Assembly: GCA_045636065.1 (NCBI GenBank)
Contig: JAZTWW010000043.1
Coordinates: 3,085-67,084, forward strand
DNA from: Kiritimatiellia bacterium
GTDB taxonomy: Bacteria; Verrucomicrobiota; Kiritimatiellia; RFP12; UBA1067
Length of the DNA stretch: 64,000 nucleotides
Direction of reading: 5' to 3'
The position numbers were made by a program, and so were the translations under genes. The notes below the pieces were generated by a model, which saw only the letters and a list, made by a program, of their open reading frames with translations, did not search any database and was not told the DNA's origin. Below are positions 9,803 through 19,169 of the stretch, piece by piece; positions within the stretch are counted from its first letter, which is position 1; each line of letters opens with the position of its first letter.

Positions 9803-10858
9803 ATGGCAATACAATTCAACCTGAATGCGCTGAGCAGGTTCTCGAACGTCAATTTCGGCGACAACGACGCCATTGCCAATCTTGACGGAAAAGACGGCCT
9901 AAAGCAGAACGAAAAGCTCGGGTTCATCCTCACGAGGAAATTCCGCAGCGCCGACGCCGAGAAGCAGAACAACGCCGTGCGCACAGAGCTCCTGAAGGCG
10001 CTCGCGAATGCCTTCGGAATCAAAGACGGCATCGCCGTGGCCAACGGCAAGACGACCTTCACCGACAAGTTCATGAGCCGGCTCGAGGAGATTCTCGGGC
10101 CCGAATTCAAGCGCGGCGACTTCGGCATCAAGGATGGCGTGGTCGATTCGGGCAAGCCGCTCACCCAGCGCCGCATCCAGGCCATCGTCAAGGCGGCCAG
10201 GGCGAAGGGCGATGCAGCGGCCTACGACGGAACGACGTACCTGGCGAAGGTTGACTACATCAAGGGCTGGACCAAAGACAAAAGGGGCCTGGATGCCGCC
10301 ACCAAGAGGGCCGCGCTCGACTTCTTCGACGTCAAGATCCGCAATACGATTGACTTCCTAGACAATGAGTTCAAGGAACTCAGCTACGCCAAGGTGGGCC
10401 GTAACAATGGTGATTTCCAAAAGTACATCAATGAAAAGACCGGACTGGACGTCGACGTCGATAAGATACTCTCTGACCTGCATGCGAAAAACGCCATAAA
10501 AGACGCTTCACTGGATAATGATTGCATCGTCAACATCGACGACATCGACGACATCGCGGACAAGACGTTTGAGCCAGTCAAGCAAAAGATCGGGGAGCTT
10601 CTGAAGACTCTGGTCAAGCAGTCTGTCGATCTCTTTATCCATACGATGGAATCGAAACATGGTGAAATGTACAAGTCCGTGACAGGCATTGTCTCCACAG
10701 AAGGCGAGAGCGTGGAGGTAACCCTGAGCAGGTTGGACAACCTATCCGGGACGATAAGCCGGGTCGACCAGTACTGGCAGCACAAGCAGAACCAACCCGC
10801 CCAGGAAGATGAGGGCGACGTCTTTGAAGAAAACCACGAGGAGTACCTGGTCGAGTAG
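9803..10858 (+). CDS. Candidate type III effector with the MAIQF N-terminal module and a unique C-terminus
   Basis: Good RBS. The N-terminal ~130 aa (NNAVRTELLKAL...GKPLTQRRI) are shared with 27877 and 10919. No signal peptide. Lies in the chaperone-rich island. Confidence 0.6.
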   Translation: MAIQFNLNALSRFSNVNFGDNDAIANLDGKDGLKQNEKLGFILTRKFRSADAEKQNNAVRTELLKALANAFGIKDGIAVANGKTTFTDKFMSRLEEILGPEFKRGDFGIKDGVVDSGKPLTQRRIQAIVKAARAKGDAAAYDGTTYLAKVDYIKGWTKDKRGLDAATKRAALDFFDVKIRNTIDFLDNEFKELSYAKVGRNNGDFQKYINEKTGLDVDVDKILSDLHAKNAIKDASLDNDCIVNIDDIDDIADKTFEPVKQKIGELLKTLVKQSVDLFIHTMESKHGEMYKSVTGIVSTEGESVEVTLSRLDNLSGTISRVDQYWQHKQNQPAQEDEGDVFEENHEEYLVE

Positions 10859-10884
10859 CCTTCCGCCACTTGGCGTGCAGGCAG
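10855..10884 (+). promoter_or_regulatory. Island 30-bp motif copy overlapping the upstream stop (TAG 10856-10858)
   Basis: GTAGCCTTCCGCCACTTGGCGTGCAGGCAG, followed by an AGGAGG RBS and ATG 10919. Confidence 0.55.
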
Positions 10885-10918
10885 GGCGAAACTTCTAAAG
10901 CCAAAAGGAGGCGGAACC

Positions 10919-11248
10919 ATGGCAATACAATTCGATCCGAATGCGCTGAACAGGTTCGCGGACGTCAATTTCAGGGAGACCGACGCGATCGCCAACCTGG
11001 ACGGAAAGGACGGCCTCAAGAAGAACGGCACCCGCGGCTGGGGCGTCTTTTCGGGATGGCGCTCGGGCGACACGAAGCGGAGCAACAACGCCGTGCGCAC
11101 CGAGCTCCTGAAGGCGCTTGGGCGGGCCTTCCATCTCGAAGGCGTCGGCGAGCTGTCCGGCAAGGCGACGTTCTCCGAGGCATTCATGAACAGGCTGGCG
11201 GAGATCATCGGCCCCGAATTCAAGCGCGATGACTTCTGCACGCAGTGA
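10919..11248 (+). pseudogene. Truncated MAIQF-module effector (109 aa)
   Basis: Collinear with the 9803 protein to GPEFKRDDF, then stops before the GKPLT motif. Confidence 0.65.
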
Positions 11249-11285
11249 TTCCAGCAAACCATTTCGGGCAACAGGAGGTAAGACC

Positions 11286-14200
11286 ATGTCGATCAACTTG
11301 TCTAACGTTAACATCACGATCCAGCAGTTTCAGGAGATCGCGTCCGGCAAGTATAACGCCGGCGAGGTCAAGCTGACGAGTGAAACGTCGCTCGGCAAGA
11401 TCAACAATCACGTCGGTTACGGCGGAACAAACAACGATACGATTTCGCACGACGAGGTGCTGGCCATCAAGGACGCCTTCGTGCGCGCGCTCTCAAAAAG
11501 CGGTGTGGGGGTGAACGCCTTGGCCGAGATTCGCCGCCGCATCGGGCTCGCGCCCGATCCCTTGTCGCCCAAGGCGCTCGTGGAACGCAGCATCCGGCCG
11601 CTTTCGCGCCAGCAGATCCGCAGCATTCTCGACGAGCACAGGGACGAAATCAACCTCGCGACGGGAGCACAGACGGTTCGCACCCACGCCGAAATCTACG
11701 CGCGGCACGGCGACGAGGCCATCGCGCGCTACGAGCGGACGCGTCGCGCCGTCAACATCGCGTTCATGCAGAGCCGCAACCTCGACGGGAACCGCCGTAT
11801 CCTCGACCTCCAGCGCGTAATCGCGGGTGACATCCATTTCTGCACTGGCGAAGACCGTACGCGCCTCATCTCGTCCGCCGAGATGCTGCGCGCCGAAATC
11901 CTGCGGCTCGCCGGGAACGGCGCTCTCTCCGAAGATCCCAATTCCACCATCACGGTCAGGAAGGGCGATGGCTCTACGGTTACGCTCGGGCTGGGCATGA
12001 GCAAACGGGATTTCATAGATAAGCTCGACGACAGGCTCCTGCAGCTGAGGTCCGACCGCCAGGCGCCGCAGTCGACGATCGACGCGCATAACGAATACCG
12101 GCTCGCCAAGGCGGGCGGCGCGGAGGGCAAGGCGAATTGGCTCGCGTCGTTGCAGGACAATCCGCTCGGCGGCTTCAAGGCGCGCGCGGTGGCCGTGGGC
12201 ATGCTCGTGGAGTTCGGCATACTGGACAACGCATCGCTGGCGCTTCTCAACAAGGTTTCCGACCAGGATGCCATCACGTTCGTTTCGTTTTTGATGACGA
12301 ATCCGGACAGCCTCAAGGGCCAGCAGCTCAGAGACAGCGCGGCGTTCCAGCATCTCGTGCAGCAGGCGGCGGCGAACGCGCAGGTGCCGCAGAACCGCCA
12401 GGCCTACATTCCGGTGCCCTCGCCGGAAGAGTTCAACCAGGAACTGAACGACAAGCTCAGGGGCAACCTCGACCGGGCGCCGCTCCGGTTCAAGCGGATG
12501 GTGGACGAAATGCGCAGCGAATTGACCGCAGCCTTCGGCGCGGAGGCCGTCCCCGCCAACATGAGGATCGGCGATATGGGCGTGAGCAACCAGCTTTACA
12601 CAGCACTCGCCGGCGACAACAATCGCCTTCAGGACTACGCCACCCCGGAAGCGCTCAAGGCGCGACTCATGCCGGAGGCCCGCAAAGAATGCGCAAAGCG
12701 ATTCTTTGCTGCTGCGCTCACGCCGATGCTCAAGCTGTATGGACTGCCGGAGGTCGTTGCCACCGCCGTGACCAACAATCTCTTCAACCGCCATCCGGAA
12801 ATCTGCGAGCGCCTTTTGCAGGCGCGCAATCCAACCGAAGCGTCGGCAATCGTGGGCGGATTCAAGAACGAAATCGACGAAGCGATGCGCCGCAAGGCGG
12901 CAGTGGACAGCTGCAAGGCGAATGTCCAGGGTTGGGCTCGCGAGGAAATGGCTCGGCAAATGGGGATTCCGGTAGCCTCGCTCGAGGGCATGGGGGTGAA
13001 CTTCAACCAATTGGTCGCGAAAGCGAGCCGCCTCGCCTCAAAGATCTGCGACGGCGAAGACGCGGCCAACACGGACGCGGAGATCGAAACCAAGTTCCGC
13101 GCAATGGCGCGCGCCGCCGCAACCGAGCGCGCCACGCTCCTCGCCCAGGCCGACGGTCTCGAAGGCGTCTCGCCGCAGACGCGCGACGAAATCAAGCGCC
13201 AGCTGATGATGATCGACGTGGTGACGGGCCTCGACCTCGCCGCGATCAAGGCCGCGCTCGGCGACGTGCATGCCGGCGACCTCATGCCCGCGCTGGAGGA
13301 CGGCTCCGCGCGCAACGACGCGCTGAACATGCTGGGCACTGTGGGCCAGCGCGTCAAGGGCGCCGCGGCGGCGTACATCAATGCGAACAACGGCACGCCG
13401 GAGCTGCTGCAGGCCGTCACGAAGATCATGCTCGCCATTGCCGTCTGCGACCAGCCGGGGCTGGTGGACCGGCTTGACCAGTTCATGAACCGCCCGGAAA
13501 TGTTCGGAGTGAACCTCGCCGACCTGACCCGGATCGATGGACTGCCCGACATCGCGCTCCATGCGGACATTTTCATGACGATCGTGCCCGAAGAGGGCTT
13601 TTCGGCCGACAGCGCGGCGATCGCCGGCGGCATCGCGACCGGCCGCCTGCCTCCGCTCGCGGCGCAGGCCATAAACCGTGCGTTCGCGGATCTGGGGCTC
13701 GCCAACCTCTCCGCCGAGGCCAAGACGGCCATGCTCGCCGGTGCCGCAGGCCAGGCGCTCGCCGCCCAGGTGCGTGCGCTCCGGATTCCCTGCACGCCCA
13801 CCGTGCTGCGCGGTCTCGCCCGGATGCATTTCGCCAATGCCGCCGCAGTCGAGGCCGCCAAGCGCTATGCCGCGGTTCTCGGCCAGACGCATGGCCTGGA
13901 AGTGGACGCGGATTCCGCGCGGCGGACCCAGGAGGCGCTCTTCGCGCGCTTCCCCGATCTCGCAGGCAAGGTCGCGACCGCCATGTCCAACGCCGCCGCC
14001 CGCGGCGAGAACGCCAGGATTGCGGCCAACAACGTGCTCAAGGACTACACAAAGGAAATAGAAATTGCCATCCGCGCCTTCCGCGATGTGACGCTCGCGG
14101 ACGCCGGTGCGCTCGAGACCGCTGCCGCCAGGATTGCCGACCGGACCGGACTCGACGAAAACACCGTCCGTTCCCGGCTCGACCTTGGCGCTTTGAGCTT

Positions 14201-17200
14201 CGCCGGCGGCGGGGTGTTCGCCAATTTGCGCGACGGTATCGGACGGGATCTCGCCAACCCCAACGTTCCTCTCGAACGTCCGGAAGACTACGACCTTGCC
14301 GGCATCCGGGAACGGTGCAACCAGGAGCTGGAGCGCTTCATCGAACAGAAAGCGGGTGTGATTGCCGCCATCGACACGCTTGGCGCGGGCGATGCCGTGA
14401 AGGGCGAACTCGTAAGCCAGGCGCTCGCCAAACGCGACTGGAATGATCCCGAAATCGTGAATACGGCGCGCCAGATCCTGTCTGGTCCGGCCATGCAGGC
14501 GCAGATCGCCGTGCTCGGCAGCGTGCTCAAGCCGGAGAATCTTGCGAATCTGCCGAATGAAGACGTTCTCCGGGCCGTGGAGCGGTTCGCCGCCGCGGTC
14601 AACGGCGCGATCGGGAACGCCAATCCGCATGCCGCAATCGTGCGCGACATCATCGTCCATGCGGTCGTCGGCCAGCTCGGGGAAACGTTCGCCACGACGA
14701 TGGAAAAGCTGGTCGCGACCGGACGCTTCGACCAGATCGATCGGATGGCGGCGGGCAAAGCCGGCGATGATGCCGTTTACGCCAAGCGCTTCATCGGAAT
14801 TGCCTACGCGAACCTCGCGAACGAATGGACTACGGACGACATCGCGGGCCGGTTCGGCGCCGGCGATCCCGACCGGGAACTCAAGGCCAGGGTCAAGGCT
14901 GCTGTGACGAAGGGGCCGGAACTCTTCGCGAAGTATTCCGTCGGGCTTGAAGAAGCGCAGAAGGCGATACTCAAGGCGTTCATCGCCACGCTCGATCTGC
15001 GCACGGATACGCTCTCCGCCAGCGAATGGGCGATCCGGATGAAACTCGTCGAATTCCGCATCGCGGGCGAAGGCTTCACCACCGAAGGTTCGGCGGCGAG
15101 GGCCGAGGCGCTTGCGCTTGGCTACGCGCCGGGCGAACTCGCCAGGCTCCAGCAGGTGGCGGACTTCTATCGCCAGGCCACGAACTGCACGGATGTCGAG
15201 GCGTACATGGCCGCGATCAATCCCAAGAGCGATGCGCGCCGTCTCTTCGCCTTCGGCGGACGGTTTGTATCGTCGGCCGAAAACTTCGCCGCCGGGCTCC
15301 GGCTGCAGCGCGAATTCAAGGCGTGGTTCGCCGAAACCGCCGCCCTGGTGCAACAGCACCGTAACCAGCCCCAGGACGGCGGCAGCATCACCGTGATCCA
15401 TGCCGATCCGCTGCTCTTCAAGCCGGAAGCCGCCATTGCCTTCGAAAAGTTCCTCTTCGAGGAAATAGCGCTCAACGAGGCGCTGCCGCTAGACGCGGAG
15501 AATCCGCGCGCCGTTTTCGAGATGGAGGCCAACCCCGCCACGCGATTCATCGGGCGCGGCTACACCAACGGCTGCATCGCCACGGTGGCGCAGATTCCGC
15601 CCGAAAAGCGCTCGTTCATGTACAAGGTGTTCGACCTCATCGCGCCGCTCGGTGCGAACCGCGTGCAGGCGCAGGTGCGCGGACTCGGTCTCAACGATTC
15701 GGTGGAGCTCATAGCGCGCATCTTCCGCAACTACGACCAGATCGCGGAGATGGACCGTACCGGCACGCTCACCCGCGAAAGCTTCTTTGCGCGGTTCTAT
15801 CCGGACGTCCCTGGCGCCGGAAAGATGACGAACCATGAGATCATCCGGGCTTCGACCAATATCGTGCAGACGGCGTTCCGGACCAACCCGGCCAAAATCG
15901 TGGCTGGATCGTCCTATGTCACCGACTGCGGCCTTACCGCCACCGAAGCGGTGGAAGCGGTCAATTCCGGCAAGATCGTTCAGCGCGCGCCTTACGTGGC
16001 CGCCGGTACGGTCTCCATCTCCGAATTCGGCACGCCTGCCGGCGCGCGCAGCCAGGCCGTCCTGGATCTGCTCCGGCCATCGTTCCCGACGTTCGGACAG
16101 GCCGAACTCCCGGCCGTGACCGAAGCCGGCAAGAGTTTCAAGGCGGTCTTCCCAGACACCACCACGCTCACGAGCGCCAACAACGCGCAGGCGAACGTGA
16201 TTGCCGAAAAGCTTGCCGAGTTCTGCGGCGATGCGCACCTCGCGCAGCTCGAGAGCGTCTACCTTGCCTTCACGCAGGGCGCGGAAGGTCCAGTCTGCGG
16301 CGCCTTCATGGATCTCGGCATCCATACGAACGAGCATATGCCGCTAACCTACACACTCTCGAAGAACGCCGAGACGGGCGTCATCACCATCCGCTATTCC
16401 GAGCCGGAAGGTTTTCCGGTCAAGTTCTCGTGGGAGGCTACGATCGACACGGACGGCAAGGTGGCAACCACCCCGATGACGGCCAAAGTGGAATCCATTC
16501 CGGTCGGGCTGGCGCGCAATGTGGCCGCCGTTGCCGCCCGGCGGATGGGCAAGCAGCTGGGCGAAGCGCAGCTCGGTCGCGCGGCCGAGCTCATCGCCCA
16601 GCACTGCGTGGAAATGAACGTCAAGAACGCCGGGCTTTTCGCGAACTTCATCGTGCAGCTCCCGCTCGACGGAGACGAGAAGGACATCCAGCGTGCGGTC
16701 TCGATGGCGAACTCCATCCGCCAGTGGCGCGACATCGACATTGTCGATCCGACGATTGCAGAGGTCGAAGCCGTCGTCAAGGACGAGGCGATCGACGACC
16801 TTGCAAGCTACATGGGGCCAAACTACGCCGGCCAGTTCGAGGATCCGAACCCGACGCTCTACAGAGCCTTCGTGGTGGACGTGAATCGCGCCACGGTCGT
16901 GATCGGCGACAAGGTTCATGAAGTCTCCCGGACCAACGTGCCTCAGGCGCTCGCGGAATTCAAGCAGGCGCTCGACGGCAAGCCCAATTCGCAGAAGGCC
17001 ATTTCCAGCCTGATGCATCAGGGTTCGGCCATGCGTACGATGCGTCTGCAGATCAAGCAGGATGCCGCGCCGACGGCGAGGCGTCCGCAGCCGCAGTCGT
17101 CCTGCCGACAGCCCGGTGCGGAGAAGTTCGTGAACCGCACAGGCAATCCCGCGCTCTTCCAGGTTCCGATGATTGTCGAAGACCCGACCAGCCGCTACGA

Positions 17201-17396
17201 GCTGCAACTCTCCGACGACGGCAACACCGCGACGGTGCGCCTTGTCTGGAGCGGCAAGATCAACGTTGGCGTCACGCTCAAGGAGAATCTCGACACATTC
17301 GGCAAGATCGACGTGACCGAGGAGATCACGCTCGACCTCACCGGCGACAATCCGCGCATCACGGACCTGCACCTCGGACAGAAGATCTCGGCGTAG
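11286..17396 (+). CDS. Very large (2036 aa) helical mosaic protein, candidate type III effector
   Basis: AGGAGG RBS before ATG 11286 (MSINLSNVNITIQQFQEIASGKYNAGEVKL). Contains RPLSRQQIRSIL. Shares internal modules with the 17670, 29600 and 61682 proteins. Confidence 0.65.
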   Translation: MSINLSNVNITIQQFQEIASGKYNAGEVKLTSETSLGKINNHVGYGGTNNDTISHDEVLAIKDAFVRALSKSGVGVNALAEIRRRIGLAPDPLSPKALVERSIRPLSRQQIRSILDEHRDEINLATGAQTVRTHAEIYARHGDEAIARYERTRRAVNIAFMQSRNLDGNRRILDLQRVIAGDIHFCTGEDRTRLISSAEMLRAEILRLAGNGALSEDPNSTITVRKGDGSTVTLGLGMSKRDFIDKLDDRLLQLRSDRQAPQSTIDAHNEYRLAKAGGAEGKANWLASLQDNPLGGFKARAVAVGMLVEFGILDNASLALLNKVSDQDAITFVSFLMTNPDSLKGQQLRDSAAFQHLVQQAAANAQVPQNRQAYIPVPSPEEFNQELNDKLRGNLDRAPLRFKRMVDEMRSELTAAFGAEAVPANMRIGDMGVSNQLYTALAGDNNRLQDYATPEALKARLMPEARKECAKRFFAAALTPMLKLYGLPEVVATAVTNNLFNRHPEICERLLQARNPTEASAIVGGFKNEIDEAMRRKAAVDSCKANVQGWAREEMARQMGIPVASLEGMGVNFNQLVAKASRLASKICDGEDAANTDAEIETKFRAMARAAATERATLLAQADGLEGVSPQTRDEIKRQLMMIDVVTGLDLAAIKAALGDVHAGDLMPALEDGSARNDALNMLGTVGQRVKGAAAAYINANNGTPELLQAVTKIMLAIAVCDQPGLVDRLDQFMNRPEMFGVNLADLTRIDGLPDIALHADIFMTIVPEEGFSADSAAIAGGIATGRLPPLAAQAINRAFADLGLANLSAEAKTAMLAGAAGQALAAQVRALRIPCTPTVLRGLARMHFANAAAVEAAKRYAAVLGQTHGLEVDADSARRTQEALFARFPDLAGKVATAMSNAAARGENARIAANNVLKDYTKEIEIAIRAFRDVTLADAGALETAAARIADRTGLDENTVRSRLDLGALSFAGGGVFANLRDGIGRDLANPNVPLERPEDYDLAGIRERCNQELERFIEQKAGVIAAIDTLGAGDAVKGELVSQALAKRDWNDPEIVNTARQILSGPAMQAQIAVLGSVLKPENLANLPNEDVLRAVERFAAAVNGAIGNANPHAAIVRDIIVHAVVGQLGETFATTMEKLVATGRFDQIDRMAAGKAGDDAVYAKRFIGIAYANLANEWTTDDIAGRFGAGDPDRELKARVKAAVTKGPELFAKYSVGLEEAQKAILKAFIATLDLRTDTLSASEWAIRMKLVEFRIAGEGFTTEGSAARAEALALGYAPGELARLQQVADFYRQATNCTDVEAYMAAINPKSDARRLFAFGGRFVSSAENFAAGLRLQREFKAWFAETAALVQQHRNQPQDGGSITVIHADPLLFKPEAAIAFEKFLFEEIALNEALPLDAENPRAVFEMEANPATRFIGRGYTNGCIATVAQIPPEKRSFMYKVFDLIAPLGANRVQAQVRGLGLNDSVELIARIFRNYDQIAEMDRTGTLTRESFFARFYPDVPGAGKMTNHEIIRASTNIVQTAFRTNPAKIVAGSSYVTDCGLTATEAVEAVNSGKIVQRAPYVAAGTVSISEFGTPAGARSQAVLDLLRPSFPTFGQAELPAVTEAGKSFKAVFPDTTTLTSANNAQANVIAEKLAEFCGDAHLAQLESVYLAFTQGAEGPVCGAFMDLGIHTNEHMPLTYTLSKNAETGVITIRYSEPEGFPVKFSWEATIDTDGKVATTPMTAKVESIPVGLARNVAAVAARRMGKQLGEAQLGRAAELIAQHCVEMNVKNAGLFANFIVQLPLDGDEKDIQRAVSMANSIRQWRDIDIVDPTIAEVEAVVKDEAIDDLASYMGPNYAGQFEDPNPTLYRAFVVDVNRATVVIGDKVHEVSRTNVPQALAEFKQALDGKPNSQKAISSLMHQGSAMRTMRLQIKQDAAPTARRPQPQSSCRQPGAEKFVNRTGNPALFQVPMIVEDPTSRYELQLSDDGNTATVRLVWSGKINVGVTLKENLDTFGKIDVTEEITLDLTGDNPRITDLHLGQKISA

Positions 17397-17442
17397 CAAG
17401 GTCGACAGAGTGTAAACAAACTTCAAACAGAGTGACAAAGCA

Positions 17443-17598
17443 ATGGCCATCGATCTCAAAAACGTGAACATCTCGCTGAACGAGTTCCAGCGGATCTCGT
17501 CGGGCCGGTACAATGCGGGCGAGGTGAAGCTACGGGATGCGAAGATGATCGAACAGCCGCCGCAACAGCCGCAAGCGCAACCGGTTGCCAATCCGTAA
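17443..17598 (+). pseudogene. Collapsed mini-gene (51 aa): effector N-terminus joined to a Q/P-rich tail
   Basis: MAIDLKNVNISLNEFQRISSGRYNAGEVKL matches the start of the 11286 protein, then RDAKMIEQPPQQPQAQPVANP*. Not in the ORF track; translated by hand. Confidence 0.7.
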
Positions 17599-17624
17599 CC
17601 TTTTGCCGCGGGGAGTGTATATAG
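17595..17624 (+). promoter_or_regulatory. Island 30-bp motif copy overlapping the upstream stop (TAA 17596-17598)
   Basis: GTAACCTTTTGCCGCGGGGAGTGTATATAG, upstream of ATG 17670. Confidence 0.65.
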
Positions 17625-17669
17625 GGCAGAAAACAATTTCAGAACAACAATCCCAAAAGGAGTAAAACA

Positions 17670-19043
17670 ATGATAAACGCAGTCAGCTACCAGTTCGAAA
17701 GATTCGTGGAATTCGCCCAGGAGCGGGTCAAGGCCGGCAAGGATACGGCCATCGCCAGGACGGGCGAAGTGCGCATCGGAGCAGGCACTCCCCTCGAGGA
17801 GCGCGCGATCTACTCCACCGACAAGACCGACTTCGTCGGCATGACGATCCTTCGCACAAAGGACGCCAAGGCCGCAAACGACGAGGTTCGCGAACTCTTC
17901 AGGAAGTCGATTGCCGAAATGTTCGGTGGGGAGGCGAACATCCCTGACAGCGTCAAGGACGCGATGCTCCTCAAGGACTACGGATCCGGCAAGCCGCTCA
18001 CCGCGCGCCGTATCCTCGAGGTCAGCAACGCGATCGAAGCCCTCGACCGTAAAAACATCTTCAGTCCATTCATCGACGAGGACGGCAATCTTGAGAAGCT
18101 GGCTTTTGACAACGGCTTCAAGCGAACCGATTTCGGCAAGCTCAACACGGCGGCCAACTTCCTCATGAAGGAGCTGAACGTCGACGCCAGGACGGCGCTC
18201 GGGGCGGTTGTCACGAATGGGTCCGCGGCCAACCGCGCAATGAACGCCGGCGCGCCGTACATGAAGGACGAAAGGTCGTTCATGCTGGGCTACGACATTT
18301 TCAACAGGATCGAAGACATCAACAGGGACAACCTCAAGGCCGCCGCCGAAAACGGGATCGCGATTGCGAAAAAGAACCCCGAGACGTCCCAGCGCATCTC
18401 GACCGAGATCGCCAAAAACCTCAAGCAAAAGTACGAACTGCTGCAACAATACTTGGAGAACTACATCGAGGGGGCAAAACTGCCGAAGGAAATCTTCTCC
18501 GACGCGCTGTCGCACTTCAAGGGTTTTGCCGAGGATATGCGGCTGCTTGACTACTCTGTCAACACCCTCAAAGACATGTCCGACAAGAAAATATACGAGA
18601 ATCTGTTCGACAAGGACGTGTCGGCGTACTTTAGGAATTGCCTGCTCCCTCTCGAAATGAAGGTTAAAGGCACCAAGCAGTACACGCCGGAAATGGAAAC
18701 GTTCTTCAACCATTTCTACGACCTCTGCAAGGAGCTGCACGAAGAGCACGTCGCGTTTCGCGACGCCTGCGCGAACGCCTTTGCGCAGAACATGCTCGAG
18801 TCCGCGAAGGGCAGGCTCGTCGCCGCAGCGAACGAGGGCGGCATGGCGACCGGCACTTCGAGCGAGCTTCCGGCGGTAATGCTGGACAAGCTCGGAGAGT
18901 TCCTCGCCGAAGACCCGTTCGGCAACCTCGAAAAGGTGGACAAGTTCTGCACCTACCTCGAGAACAACGGCCCGGCGGCTTTCCACGTCGCCGACGGGAA
19001 GGATGTCGACCTCAACTGGGTTTACAGGGAGGTCATCGGGTGA
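17670..19043 (+). CDS. Candidate type III effector with the FxxFVxFA N-terminal module
   Basis: FERFVEFAQER...EMFGGEANIPDSVKDAMLLKDYGSGKPLTARRI, closely matching the 29600 protein. AAGGAG RBS. Confidence 0.6.
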   Translation: MINAVSYQFERFVEFAQERVKAGKDTAIARTGEVRIGAGTPLEERAIYSTDKTDFVGMTILRTKDAKAANDEVRELFRKSIAEMFGGEANIPDSVKDAMLLKDYGSGKPLTARRILEVSNAIEALDRKNIFSPFIDEDGNLEKLAFDNGFKRTDFGKLNTAANFLMKELNVDARTALGAVVTNGSAANRAMNAGAPYMKDERSFMLGYDIFNRIEDINRDNLKAAAENGIAIAKKNPETSQRISTEIAKNLKQKYELLQQYLENYIEGAKLPKEIFSDALSHFKGFAEDMRLLDYSVNTLKDMSDKKIYENLFDKDVSAYFRNCLLPLEMKVKGTKQYTPEMETFFNHFYDLCKELHEEHVAFRDACANAFAQNMLESAKGRLVAAANEGGMATGTSSELPAVMLDKLGEFLAEDPFGNLEKVDKFCTYLENNGPAAFHVADGKDVDLNWVYREVIG

Positions 19044-19127
19044 GGCATCGGACGCCCCCAATGCCAACAAGACGGCGGAGGTGATAAAATGGCTCTCGAC
19101 TCAAAGCACCCCATCAAAGTGAAAAAA

Positions 19128-19136
19128 TGGTATAAT
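19128..19136 (+). promoter_or_regulatory. Extended -10 sigma70 element for the kinase-chaperone pair
   Basis: TGGTATAAT ending 33 bp before ATG 19170. Confidence 0.5.
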
Positions 19137-19169
19137 GTCATCCGCAATCCTAAGGAAGGAGAGTAAGAT

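Noticed and set aside
17393-17420. GTAGCAAGGTCGACAGAGTGTAAACA as another motif copy
   Set aside because: The right half matches and it overlaps a stop, but the offset is 17 rather than 20 and the core differs; possibly a deleted copy, not counted.
19089-19166. 25-aa ORF MALDSKHPIKVKKWYNVIRNPKEGE with a strong RBS
   Set aside because: It runs through the promoter of 19170 and has no homology evidence beyond MALD; likely a remnant, so not called as a gene.
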